Part shown: in pieces, positions 52,053 to 64,000 of the stretch
Numbering within the stretch: the stretch's first letter is position 1
Layout of the letters: every line of letters starts with the position of its first letter
The notes under the pieces: model-generated
The model's database searches: none
Told to the model about the DNA's origin: nothing
What the model saw: the letters and a program-made list of their open reading frames with translations, nothing else
Source of the DNA: Sphyrna mokarran
Lineage: Eukaryota
DNA length: 64,000 nucleotides
Reading direction: 5' to 3'
Assembly (NCBI GenBank): GCA_024679065.1
Contig: JAGIQG010000012.1
Location: 55,118,001 to 55,182,000 of the forward strand
Translations under genes and position numbers: made by a program

Positions 52053-52179
52053 GGGTGGGACTTTACAGTCACACTTGCCCCAAGATTAGGGAATCCCACC
52101 CGTGGTCAGTGGAGTTTTGCATGGTCTATGTCCCACCTGCTATGATTCGCATGGCAGTTGGGACAGGAAAATTCCACCC
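52053..52179. mobile_element. 127-bp MITE with imperfect 14-bp TIRs and AAT TSD
   Basis: aat|GGGTGGGACTTTAC...GGAAAATTCCACCC|aat; the TIRs match at 11 of 14 positions. Confidence 0.8.
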
Positions 52180-52913
52180 AATGTTTTTATTCAATTGTAT
52201 ATTATGAAACATATGGAAGGAAAGTGTTTCCCTCACCCACAATGTTGACTGGTTTTTCCACACAATATTAATCCTGTCACTAACATGCAATCATTAAAAA
52301 GATGCAAATTTGAAAAAAAAAACCCTTGTGTGACAATTCTGGGATTTCTTAGCATCAACAAGATAAAAAAAACGAATAGTAGCTAAAGGAATACAATAAC
52401 ATTTACTTTACAGTAAATGATGCACAAATAAACAATCTAATGTGGATGTTACTTCTGTAGTTTGAAAGAAAACTATCCTATAGCCCTTTTACAGTGATAA
52501 TTCCACCTTAATCTTTGGTTTTACCTTTTAAAAGATATTTTGATTTCTTGATAATATACCAAAGTTAACCATTGTCACATAGATAATAAATTACAATTGT
52601 TATAATCTAGTGACCTGTTGTTCAAAATAATTTTCACCATTATTGTTGATGATGATCGAGAACTCTGCACACTCTTGTAAAATCGATGTATAATACAGAT
52701 ATAACTTTGGTGTGTCTGAAGTAATTTTTCTAGCACAAATTTAGCTCTGTGGTATGGGATTTTCCAAAACAAAAGTATAATGAACAGAAACTTTAGCATT
52801 ATTTATTTTATTCCAAACTATTTTGGAATACCAATAACAGAACTTTATAATTAAACTAAGTAAAAGATTCCAATCAACAAACCAAGATAACCAGACATCA
52901 AACTGAAATTGTT

Positions 52914-53040
52914 GGCTGAAATTCTCCAACCTCGCTCGTGGCTGGGATTTTCCAGTCCCTGCAGCACTGAACAGAGATTTGCCTGAGCACCAAATTCTTT
53001 GTTCTCAGTGACAGGCTGAGAAAGGCTGGAGAACTCCTGC
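52914..53040. mobile_element. Short MITE (same family as 29767)
   Basis: 'ggctgaaattctcc...ggagaactcctgc' termini. Confidence 0.6.
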
Positions 53041-53049
53041 GGTTAATTA

Positions 53050-53135
53050 TTTCTCTCCACAGATGCTGCCTGACTTGCTTAGTATTTCCAGCATTTTTGT
53101 TTTTAGATTTCCAGCATGCGCAGTATTTTGCTTTT
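53050..53135 (+). mobile_element. Penelope terminal-repeat fragment
   Basis: 'ttctctccacagatgctgcctgacttgcttagtatttccagcatt...gcagtattttgctttt'. Confidence 0.75.
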
Positions 53136-53589
53136 GTGTTGGGTAATTGAACAGTCTGGTCTGTGCAAAAAATTAGGGAAGTGCCATAACTGTGTATATA
53201 TATTTATTAATTAAAGCAGGAAAAGACAAACTTAACTGTTCCCTCCAATCAGAGCAATTTACAGAAACTGTTTAATGTACTTTCCATCCTTCACATTTTA
53301 TTCTACTTTCAGACCCATTTTCATAAATGTAATCACTAAATTAATTTTCTGACAGTATATGAAATACAATTACTGTTGTGCATACATACGACGGTGTCAC
53401 ATCACACTGTTAATATAATTGCAAATTATATAAATGACAATAGAATGTACGATGTGTTGCCTTTTGAAGATGTAAAATATTTTTATTTGTCTCAGCTATA
53501 TCAAGCCATTTTATATAAGTATATTAATCTAACAAAAGCCATCATTTTGCCTCGAACTACTGTCCAACTGAAGTGAACGAAGATAAACA

Positions 53590-54465
53590 AAAAAAGTAAA
53601 GCACAAGAACAGGCCCTTTGGCACATCAAGCATGTGCCAATCATGATGCCCTAACTGAACTAAAAAAACCTTCTACTCTTACTCAGTCTGTGTCCCTCTA
53701 TTCCTTCCCTATTCAGGTGTCCTTCCATATGCCTCTTAAATGTTGCTGATGTGCTTGCTTCTACCACCTCCAGTGGCAGCACGTTCCAGGCACCCACCAC
53801 TCTCTGCATGAAAAACTGTCCCCGCACATTTCCCCTAAACTTTCCCCTCTCCCCTTGAACCTGTAATTGACCCATTGTAATTAATACTTCCACCCTTGGA
53901 AAAGCCTTTGGCTCTCCACCCTGTTTATGCCTTTCAGAATTTTGTAGATCTCTGTCAGGTCTCCCCTCTCCAGCTTTCCTTTGAAAGCAATCCTAGTTTA
54001 CTCAACCTCTCCTCATAGTCAACACCCTCAGGACCAAGCAACATCCTGGCGAACCTTCTTTGCACCCTCTTCAAAGCTTCCATGTCCTTCTGGTAGTGTG
54101 GTGACCAGAATGCAATACTCCAACTGCAGCCTAACCAAGGTTTTATATAGCTGCAGCATGATTTCCTAACTCTTGTCCTCAATTCCTCAGGAGATGAAGG
54201 CAAGCATGCCATATGCCTTGCCTTCATCAAGGTGATTTTTTGACCACCTGTGTTGTCATTTTCAATGAACTGTGGACATGCATGCTCAGATCCCTCTGCT
54301 TGTTTATATTCCTAAGAATCCTGCCATTTACACAATCATTTGCACCTAAATTTGATCCTCCAAAATGTATCACCTTGCAAATGTCCAAATCTTCCATCTA
54401 TCTATATCCTATTGTATCCTCTGACAATCCATGGCACTATCAGCAACTCCACCAATCTTTGCTGT
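53590..54465 (-). mobile_element. CR1 (HER1-like) LINE 3' fragment
   Basis: FWSPHYQKDMEALKRVQRRFARML...YEERLSKLGL and RGQFFMQRVVGAWNVLP. Confidence 0.92.
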
Positions 54466-55485
54466 TTTGCTTATCTACATTATTGCTAATCTAAAAATTC
54501 ATAAGAATTATTTTCTTAATCTATCATTTGTGGCTATTTTCATTTTTAGATGACAGTAAAACAATTCAATTCTACATTTCTCTACTAAATAACTGTACAC
54601 AAATGTTTAGTGATTGATTCAGTCAACATCTGAAACTGGGAGTAGGAGCTGATGGGATGACTTGAAGAGAAGAGATAAGGAACAGGATTTTCTGGCCTAA
54701 GACCAGAAATTCCTGCCTAAACTCAATGGATCTCTATATGGTCTGTGATTCCCACAATGTGCTAGACAGAAGAATTTTGCCAAATTTCCTGCATTGGTAC
54801 CAACAATTGTATCAAAGCATGAAGTTATCTTTGGAGCATTTTACTGCGATTATGAGGAGTTGTGGAAGGAGGGGAAAAGTAGAGGTCGACAATGAGAAAA
54901 ACAAAATTAGTTGATTCATTTATTTGCTGTTAAATACATCTACACAAAACAGAGACAATTAAATGATTTTCTGGGGTAAGCTAGCCATTGCCACATAAAT
55001 CTTCTTAATTAAAAAATTGTTTCCATGTATATTTCAAACATATCAGCATTGACTTTTTCTCCAGAATTACTACACAATAACATAAGCTGAAGATACCAAG
55101 AAATAAGGGGATGGGTATCAGAAGACCTCTAGTGTGGGTTCACCATCCCAACATTTTGAAGAACAATAAATTTCATAAAAAGGGAGGCTTAACTGCTTCT
55201 TTTATCATATTGTAGAGGGAAAATTATAATTGAATTTCACCAGGAGTTTATGAACCCATTTCAAATCAAATTTCTAGGTGATTATTGTACCTTCAAATAT
55301 AAAACTGCAAAATAACTGCGTTTTTTTATTTTGACAATACATTCTTTATAACTTCACTTATATCCAGAATATTAAGATGCAAAATACTATAAGTCTGTCT
55401 CCCCCATCATGGATTGGCTATTATCCAGACTTGGTTGCCTCAGTCAATTTCCAAACAATGTGCTAGATTAGCTGCATTTTGAGCA

Positions 55486-55560
55486 CATGTGTGTGCATAC
55501 ATATGTGTGAGCATGTGTGTACGTGTTTGTACGTGTATGTGTATGCATGTAGGTGTGGGG
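55486..55560. repeat. Degenerate (TG)n / alternating purine-pyrimidine microsatellite
   Basis: 'catgtgtgtgcatacatatgtgtgagcatgtgtgtacgtgtttgtacgtgtatgtgtatgcatgt'. Confidence 0.8.
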
Positions 55561-56929
55561 TGTTAGTGAGGAGGGAGGGGGAGGAAGAGAAGAAAAACTA
55601 TTGAGCAGAATAAAAATACTGAATAGATATACAGACTAAAATGCCGATTTGAGTGGTAGATTAGAGTATCGTATTAATGGCAATTTTGGAAAAATCAGCA
55701 GGTATCTTGCTTTGTTCAACATTTAAGGGCAATGTGTGGCTTATACAAGTTATGGTCTCTTGTATTTGCATTCAATATGATCTTACTTTTCCTCTTATTT
55801 ATAAATATGATGCAATTTCACTGTGGCATGACTGTAAAGCATAACTAGGTTGATGGATAATAAGACAATCTGTACGTCATATTTCTTTATGGTCTTGATG
55901 TGGAGTTGTACTGATGAACTCGGTACGCATTCTGGGAATAATGAAAGTCACATTGAGAAATCACTTGTGGGAAAGGGTCACCATTTTGCATCATCGAAGC
56001 AATACTAAATTTACATTACAAAGATTTTATAATATACCTGAATGATTTTCTTTATGTAAATAGATAAAAGGGCAAAACTGATATTTGATGAAGTGTCAGT
56101 GCAAGCATATGTGTATTCATATAAAATATTTTCAATGAAAGTAAATAATAAACATGTGTTTCTTGCTCTAATCACAAAATTCTGACGTTTGTAGTCTGCA
56201 AAAGTTTAGCAAAAGATAAATGTGTGAGCAAACAGGTAACTCTTATAGTTAATTAGTATAGGAATACAGTTAGGACATCAGAAATTGGTCAATGCATTTG
56301 ATTGAGTAAACCACCGTTAACATTCCAATTGAAACTGATTTTTAACTGCTTCTAAGTCTACACAACTTCACATTTATCAAAACAGATCAATTGTCCAGAC
56401 TCCAGTAAATGTTTTTCCTGCTGAAATCATTTATCTGCTTTCATTACTGTGTGAGATGATTTCCTCATCAATCTCCATGATCAATTTATCATTGTAACTG
56501 TAAATCAAGATTTGTCTCATAAATTCATTTCTACATAAATTATTTCCAGATACAAAAACATTGCATTCGCTATAAAGAACTGGGACATGATTTTTGTTAC
56601 ACTGCATTTGAAGGATCTTTAAAGTATATTTTAATGATCTTTCCTTTCCATTGTTCACGTGTTCACTTTATTGTTACTGTCCATGTCAACATTTTAGAAT
56701 TAAAGTGTAAGCTGGTAACTATCATCAATTGAGTTAAGTTTCACCATACAGGTCTTGAGAGTGATTGTTTTATTGGTGTAGATTTTCTTTCTCTTTTCCA
56801 GTTTATTTCCATGGTTTTTCTCAGACTATCTTTGCATTGGATATGCTGTACCACTGTGGAATTCAATGTTCCATCACTCCATGGTTTATCTACATTGAAT
56901 ACAATGGGAGCGAACAGTAGCTAGTCACA

Positions 56930-58530
56930 ATGGCAAAAGACAAGTTTAGTGGTGTTCCATAAGGATCTGGACTTTGGAATCAACAACATACTTCCTAAAT
57001 TTACTAATGAAACCGATCTTTTGCAGCAGGAGTGGGGGGAGGTAGTCAATAGTGAGGCAGACTGCAACGAATTACAGGAGGACATCAACAAAGTTGCAGA
57101 ACTGGCAAACAATACTGATAAACATGAGGTAGTACATTTTGGTAAGAAGAATAGGGAGGTAATTTATTACTGAGAAGTTACGAATCTAGGTAAGGTAGAC
57201 AAACAAAGAGATATTGAAGTACACATACACCAATCACTAAAAGTTGTGTCACAAGTTAGCAAGGTTATAACAAAGCAAATCAAGTAACATTTATTTCTAG
57301 AGAATAGAACTGAACAGCAGGGAAGTTATGCTAAACCTATACTGAACCTTGGTTATAGCACATTTAATAGTATTGCACGTATCTCTGGTTGCAACATTAT
57401 AGAAAGGATATAGAGGCACTGGAGAAAGTGCAGAGAGGATTTACCAGGCAGATGCGAAAAATATTAGAATATATGTATCAGGAAAGGATCTCTTTTCTCT
57501 TTGAAAAAAGGCTGGGTATAGGGGGGGAGAGTTGATCTGCTATAAGTCCTTAAAATTATGAAAGGTTTTGGAGAGTGGATGCAGAGATAACGGGTGGAAT
57601 GTTGCCACTTTTTGTCAAGATGTCAGCTCAGGGGCTAAAAGCAGATTGTGACCCAGTAGCTGTACTGCCGGCTTTTCCAGCCATACTTCTTTGTCAAAAA
57701 AAGATAAGGAGTGGGTCCCATGACACACGCAGGAATGGTGGGTTCAAGTAGGAATCTCTGGAAAGGCATGATATAAATGAACTAAAAATAGAAAAAATGA
57801 ACATCCACAGACACGGAACTCATGGAACAACAACAACATGGAAAACAGGAACCATGAAAACTCCTGGTAACGTGAATATTAAAGGGAAGATTAATGAGAA
57901 ATAATTTAAAAACTCACTCTTTTGCCTTGCAAAGAGACATCACAGAAGGTACTTTGTCAATCTATATTACATGGAACTATGAGAATCCCTGAGGACATGA
58001 AGGAGAGTCCCCAATTGGAAAACAGGAACCATAAGAACACTTAGTGACATGAAGGAGAGTCTAACATGAAGGAGTCATCAGGCATCGGTGGGGGGAGGGC
58101 AGGGACAATCGAACAGGGAAACCCCACTGGCATTAAAGCCATTTTGGGTCTTCTGCTTGACTGTCTATGCCTCCACTGCCCTGATCCTCTGAAAACTGGG
58201 GAGGACAATCCCCCCTGCCAAATGTTTCAATTGTGGGGAAGCACACAACTAGGAGTCATCAGTATAAAATAGTCACCAAGGAGCCAGATAGTAAATTCAG
58301 AAGAAACTTCTTTACCTGAAGAGTGGTGAGAACGTCAAGCTTGGAGTAGCATGGATGCATTTAGCAGGAGGCTAGAGAGATGCATGAGGTGAAACGGATT
58401 AAGAGAATTATATTGATAGATTTAGATGAGGAAAAACAGAAGAAGCCTTCACTGGAATAAAAACTCCAGAAATGAATTGGCTGGGCTGACTGGCCTGTTT
58501 CTGTGCCATATACATCAAATGCAATCCTAT
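56930..58530 (+). mobile_element. CR1 LINE 3' part, interrupted at about 57592-58215
   Basis: KFTNET...VNSEADCNELQEDINK and YRKDIEALEKVQRGF. Resumes at about 58220 ('aatgtttcaattgtgggg...agaaacttctttacc'), with the tail at about 58480-58530. Confidence 0.85.
57592..58215. mobile_element. Non-autonomous DNA-transposon-like insertion with internal repeats
   Basis: Termini 'gggtggaatgttgcc' and 'ggaggacaatccccc'. Internal recurring 'ggaaaacaggaaccat' and 'acatgaaggagagtc'. Confidence 0.55.
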
Positions 58531-58589
58531 ATATGATGAAGAGACTTTCTAGCTAAACTGACTTGAATACAGTACAACAGTATGTTTGT

Positions 58590-58662
58590 CATAAAAAAAT
58601 CTGGAAAAGGTCAGCAGGTGAGGCAGCATCTGTGAAGGCAAACAGAGTTAACGTTTCAAGGT
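58590..58662 (-). mobile_element. Penelope terminal-repeat fragment
   Basis: 'ctggaaaaggtcagcaggtgaggcagcatctgtgaaggcaaacagagttaacgtttc'. Confidence 0.7.
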
Positions 58663-58664
58663 GA

Positions 58665-59040
58665 GGAGATGATGGCATAATGGTAATGTCACTGAACTAG
58701 GAATTCAGAAGCCCAGGCTAGTACTCTGTGGACATGGGTTCAAATCCCACAACAACAGCAGTTGAAATTCAAATTCAATCAATATATCTGGAATGAAAAG
58801 CTGGTCTTAGTAATGGTTAAATTGAAACTATCATTGATGATCTTAAAATCTGGCATCTGGCAAGCTGCTACCCTTTAAGGAAGGAAATCTGCTGTCCCTA
58901 TCTGCTTTGGCCTACACGTGACCAAAGCAATGTGGTTGACTATTAACTGGGCTCTGAAATGGCCAGCCAGTTCAAGGGCAAATGGGAATGGGCAAGAAAT
59001 GCTTTGCCAATGACACCCACAACCCATGAAAGAATGAAGA
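58665..59040 (+). mobile_element. tRNA-derived SINE (head plus short LINE tail)
   Basis: A box TGGCATAATGG at 58673-58683 and B box GGTTCAAATCC at 58737-58747. Tail 'caagggcaaatgggaatgggcaagaaatgc...gacacccacaacccatgaaagaatgaa'. Confidence 0.85.
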
Positions 59041-60487
59041 AATCAGAACACCTTTAGTTTGGTTTTTGCACTGCCCTGGCAATTTCACAGAAAACTAGAA
59101 TGAATTCAGGATCACATGTGGTCCAAATTATGTTGACTTATCTTGTTGTCTTGGTATATGCAGAAATAATATTTTAAATTGACTATCTTTATTCAGGTTA
59201 TTTTATTTAGATTGACAAAGTGTCTTCTGTGATTTCTCTTTGCAAGGCTAAAGAGTGAGCTTTTAAATTATTCCTCATTTATCTTCCCTCTAATATTGAA
59301 TATTGGCTTCATGATTAGTGTCCAGAGGTTCATGCAGTACCCATTCAAGATTGACCAGGGCACTGTACAGTTTCAGCAACAGCTTCTGATGATCTGAACT
59401 TAACTTATTTGACAACATAATCACAGTATGTTTCTCATTAACAGTTAAAAAATGATACTGACAAAGGACTGGGAACAGGCTGTCTGCCAACACTGTGGGG
59501 AATGGGGCTAGGTGGAGGGCTATTTTGCATTAGTAAGATAGTTTCCAAGGGGGAACAAATTATCACCTGCCATATATATTATCTCCCATTGAGGTATGCT
59601 GGTATAAGAAACTGTCCAATATGGAAACCTTATCTGGATTGTAAAAAAAGTTTTTCATAACTAGAAAACTGTGGCTCGAGGCATCAGTTGACAATGGACT
59701 TGGGTCAGAGGGTTGTGAGGCAAGTGTCTTAACTGGTGTGCTGCTGCATCGCTGTCTAAAACAATTATCTGTAGAAGCTGCACTGTCAGACATCAAAGCC
59801 TATTTTGTGTCTAATGCCAGAGGTTACAGTGTTTACCAAACCAGAATGTCCTGCAGAACATTGATGTCATTTAACATTATTCAGATACTGATGAGGTTAA
59901 AGAAAAAATTCTGCTAAAATGGCACTCGTTTTTTAATGAGTTTGCTGTTTGTCATTTGCTACCAAACTGACCTAATACTGTTCATAAAAATAATTGATAT
60001 GAGGATACAGCATGTGTCCTTGATGTATACAATGAACTGACCTAACCCCATAACAAAGGAGTTACTAAATGACCAAATGAATCAGGGTTGTGAATTGCAA
60101 AAATGCAGTCCCTGTGACATATATGATATGTTATTCATGTAATGAAAATGCTGAAGTGTCAGTACCTTTCTCATTGTCCATTTTTATGAATAGGATTAAC
60201 GAGGGATACATATTCCTGTAATGTCAAAGTAACATTCAATGGAATCTAGAAATAAGGCTGGATGCATAACACTTAAAACAAGAGCTGGAGAATGTACTGT
60301 TTTCGTAACCATTTTCCAATTACACCATATTATGTGTAATTAAAGGCCTGGATTTTGCTGTCAGCGTTCATAATCTTTACTCCACCATAACGGACAGCAG
60401 CTTAGGGAATTTGGACATGTGCAAATAACATGGAAATACAGAAGTTTCTGTCAGTGAGTGGATACTCCACCATAGGGTCCACTGTAT

Positions 60488-60578
60488 CATAAGAATCAGG
60501 AGCAGGAGTGGGCAATTTAGCCCCTCGAGCTTGCTCCACTACTTAATATGATCATAGCTGATCTCATCTTGGCCTCAC
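60488..60578 (-). mobile_element. CR1 3' tail fragment
   Basis: 'cataagaatcaggagcaggagtgggcaatttagcccctcgagcttgctccact'. Confidence 0.8.
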
Positions 60579-61129
60579 TGTAGAGATTTCCACAGATTGC
60601 TTTTTTTCTCTACAATGATGAATTGATGAGAACTTCAATTCTAGCCATGTTCCTTTTGCTGCTGTGGAAAAAAGTTGCATCCTGTTAAATTAGCTGTAAC
60701 TGAATTTTTACTTGTACACTAATTTCATAATTAACACTAAACACCCTTAGTGGCCATGAAAAATTAATTTTATATTTGTGGAATGTCAAGTTTCTCCACA
60801 ATGATTAAAAACATACAAAGAGTCTTATCTTCATTTTAGCTTTCATCTTAATGCAGTCACAAATTTATTTCAACATTTTGAAGTTAAAAATAGAAATGAA
60901 GGATTTTAAGTATTTTAATTACTTGGCTTCTCTCTGTGTCGCTCTTGGCTTTCTCCAAAGAGACATCGCTGACTCCTCAAAAGCAGCATTCGCAACTGCC
61001 CTATTGCACTCTCTCACCAATTTTCCCACCAAAGGGCCTAGGGGACTGATCTTGCTAACGTCCTCCTTATCCAATTCACCTTTCTCTTACGTCCTGTGGA
61101 CTGACAGTGGTATAGCTATCACTACTCTC

Positions 61130-63800
61130 CCTCCAGAATATGCATTCATTAGTGAACAAAGTCATTGCAACACACAAGCTGAATGTGAAAGACTGCATTG
61201 GCATCATGGGCTTGATGGAAACTTGATGGAGATATGATGGCACCTTCCCTAATTGAAGTTTCCCTGCCTGGTTACATATTTTATCATTTACCTCATCAAG
61301 ACCATTGTGGCAATGGTGTAGCTTTCATAACCAAATCTCTCCTTGGTTTGTTCCCTTACTCCTTTCACACTTCCTCCTCCTTTAAGTATCTCACTTTGTT
61401 TTCTTCCTCTTACCTATCAGCTTCTGTACAGCCTGCCCAAGTACAATTAAAAATGTTCTCACTGAGAATCTTAGCATTTGGTCTCCAGTCACCGTTACAT
61501 TTTTGCAGTTACCGATCTGTTCAACCACACCATCAACTTTGATACCTCATCCACATTAAAAACTGTTACCTTTTCCCACCCTGGCATACCCATTAATTCA
61601 ATTTTTCAAGCCTAAGGGGTGTAAACTTCACTGTCATAATCTGGTTAGACTTCATAAAGCACTATCGGGTTCTACTCTTGCCTCCAAAAAATGCTTATGA
61701 TTCTAGAATCATCCTGGAATGCAAAGTAACCCTTGACATATTTTCTCTACTGCACACCATCTTATTAGATCCCTCTTGTCTGTCTCAAAGAACAAAGAAA
61801 ATTACAGCACAGGAACAGGCCCTCCAAGCCTGCACCAACTATGCTGTCCAACTGAACTAAAACTCCCTACCCTTCCAGAGATCATATTCCTCCATTCCCA
61901 TCCTATTCAAGTATTTGTCAGGACGCCCCTTAAAAGTCACTATCATATGTGCTTCCACTACTTCCCCTGGCAGCAAATTCCAGACACCCACCAACCTCTG
62001 TGTAAAAAACTTGCCTCGTACATCTCCTTTAAACTTTGCCTCTCAATCTTAAACCTATGTCCCCTTGTAAGTGATTCTTCCACCCTGGAAAAAAGCTTTT
62101 GAATATCCAGTTTGTTTATGCCCCTCAATCTTGCAGACTTCTATCAGGTCGCCCTTCAACCTCCATCACTCCAGTGAGAACAAACCAAATTTCTTCAATC
62201 TCTCCTTATAGCTAATGTCTCCATATTAGGCAACCCCCTGATAAACCTTTTCTGTTCCACTCCAAAGCCTCCACATCCTTTTAGTAGTGTGGCGACCAAA
62301 ATTGAACACTATATTCCAAGTGTGGCTTAACTAAGGTTCTACAAAGCTTGTCAATTTTTAAACTCAGTGTCCCGGCCGATGAAGGCAAGCATGACCAATG
62401 CCTTCTTGACTACCTTCTCCACCTACATTGCCACCTTCAGTGACCTGTGTAACTGTACATGCAGATCCCTTTGCCTACCAATACTGTTAAAGGTTCTGTC
62501 ATTTACTGTATATTTCAGAAGAATTCATAGTTTCTCTACCCTCATCTAGACATGTGAGGAGCTATGGATTTGTTTCCACCAAGAATGATACCTCCAATCA
62601 GCTGCCTTTGCCACTGTCCACCTTTCCCATAGCCCACCAAGCTGAGCTTTTCCTAAAGCTTCCCCAACCGTGTTTTAGCCCTAAATCTTTCCTTCTCTAT
62701 TTTTTTTTCTCCAAGCTCCCTCATGTCGCTCTAAATTCATTTGTCTATTCTCTTGGGTATCAGTAGGAACAGGGCTCTCTTGGCCCTATTCCTACTGAAA
62801 CCCAACTTCTCTTCCTGGCACCATGTAGGCAGACAGTAAATGCTCTTTTCTTTCAGGTTCTGTCCCCCTCTCCTTCAAGTCTGCTGTCATCATTTCCCCT
62901 CCTCAAAAAAACTATCCTTCACCTTCCTCTGTCCAAGCAAATAACTACCCCATTTTCAACCTTCCTTTCTTTTCCAGAGCCCATGAATATGTTATCCCAA
63001 ACAGTGCCATTTTCCACAGAACTCTATGTCTGAATCCTTCCAATCAGGTACTGCCCTGTCACTGTACCTAAAAACACTTATCAAAGTCAGAAATAACATC
63101 CTGTGTGACTATGACAAACTATCCCTTTTGTAGCTGTCTGCAGCGTTTAACCTAGTCAATAATACCATCTTTCTCCAACAGCTATCCACTGTCATTTAAC
63201 AGATTGGAACAGCACTTGCATATCTGGTTCTATTTTTATCTATCTAATCAAAGCCAGGAAATTACCACCAATGATTTCTTTTTCTATTCCTGCAACCTTT
63301 TTCTATTCCTTCATGTGTCCCCTGAGGACATGTCCATGTCATCCTCCTCCTATTTCTCATCCGCATATTTTCTCTTCAAAAATCATCCATAAACACACCA
63401 GCTCCACACGTATACTGACGGCATACAGCTTCACCTCAACACCAACTCTTTGACCTTCTCACTGTTTCTAAATTGTCTGACTGCCAGTACTAAATAAGCA
63501 GCAATTTCCTTCAATTAAATATTCCAAAGATTGAAGCCACTGCTCTTGGTTCCTGCTACAAAATCCACTTCCTCACCACTAATTCCATCCTTGTCCCTAA
63601 CAATTGTTTCAGGTCGAACCAGATTGTTTGCAACCTTGGTGTCATAATTCAACCACATACCTGTGGCATTGCTCAGACTGCTCATTTCCATCTCGGTAGC
63701 ATCGCCTGATCTGGTCCCACCTCAGCTCTTCTGATGTTGAAACCTCCCTACAGCATTTGTTACTCCAAATTCAACTATAGTTAACAGGCTTTTATCCAGT
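61130..63800 (+). mobile_element. L2 LINE (endonuclease and RT remnants), interrupted by CR1
   Basis: LIEVSLPGYIFYHLPHQDHCGNGVAFITKS...SSFKYL (endonuclease). Then 'ataactaccccattttcaaccttcctttctt' (NY.PI.NLPF), 'ctgtctgcagcgtttaac' (LSAAF), 'actgacggcatacagctt' and 'gcaaccttggtgtc' (NLGV). Confidence 0.75.
61788..62515 (-). mobile_element. CR1 (HER1-like) LINE 3' fragment nested in L2
   Basis: Tail 'aagaacaaagaaaattacagcacaggaacaggccc' with antisense ORF2 C-terminus, colinear with 53590-54330. Confidence 0.9.
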
Positions 63801-64000
63801 CTTCCACCTATTTGTTGTTGTCAATTTTTGTAGATTAGCAGCTGCTTGGTTGCTCTGCTTAGGAAATGATCAGGTTGATAAAACTAGGAGCTGAAAGCAT
63901 GGAGATGGAGAAATTAGTTTGTGTTGTACTACTAGCAGGTTGTGTTGATTCCTGGGGGGCAGGCAGTACTGTGGTCCACAACCTGTACTGCCCTTGCATC

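Noticed and set aside
57830-58080. Spaced short repeats as a CRISPR-like array
   Set aside because: The repeats are few, degenerate and irregularly spaced, the context is eukaryotic, and there are no cas genes.
59563-59796. 77-aa minus-strand ORF with 'ttctacag' acceptor and 'gtgata' donor as the upstream GPATCH2 exon
   Set aside because: The peptide does not resemble GPATCH2 (expected RDNRAERGHKK-like), and phase-2 splicing gives an immediate stop. The splice signals are weak.

Overview
This is eukaryotic, AT-rich genomic DNA from a cartilaginous fish, most likely a shark. That call rests on HE1/V-SINEs, DeuSINE (SacSINE1-like) copies, HER1-type CR1 LINEs and shark-type Penelope ends. The only convincing host coding sequence is one 89-bp minus-strand internal exon at 12510-12598 ([31 protein letters not shown]). 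I recognise it as the penultimate exon of GPATCH2, just before the G-patch exon. I found neither neighbouring exon, so the whole window appears to be GPATCH2 intron: more than 12 kb downstream and more than 51 kb upstream of the exon. The rest is decayed, often nested transposable elements: CR1, L2, Rex1/Babar, Penelope, tRNA-derived SINEs, Harbinger/PHIS-type Myb/SANT relics and ~130-bp MITEs. Between them lie repeat-poor islands that may be conserved non-coding elements. Nearly all ORFs in the supplied track are TE fragments or chance ORFs. I do not see a convincing new multi-gene system. The most interesting observations are: a tRNA-headed LINE with a series of SINE-like deletion derivatives; a V-SINE that seems to carry a Rex1-like tail instead of a CR1 tail; a near-intact Penelope hammerhead ribozyme in pre-mRNA sense with a core G-to-A change; a MITE family with AAT target-site duplications; and a perfect 35-bp direct repeat bracketing 1.35 kb of old sequence. 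Repeat boundaries were read by eye and are approximate to tens of bp. Family names come from remembered consensus motifs, not from a database search.
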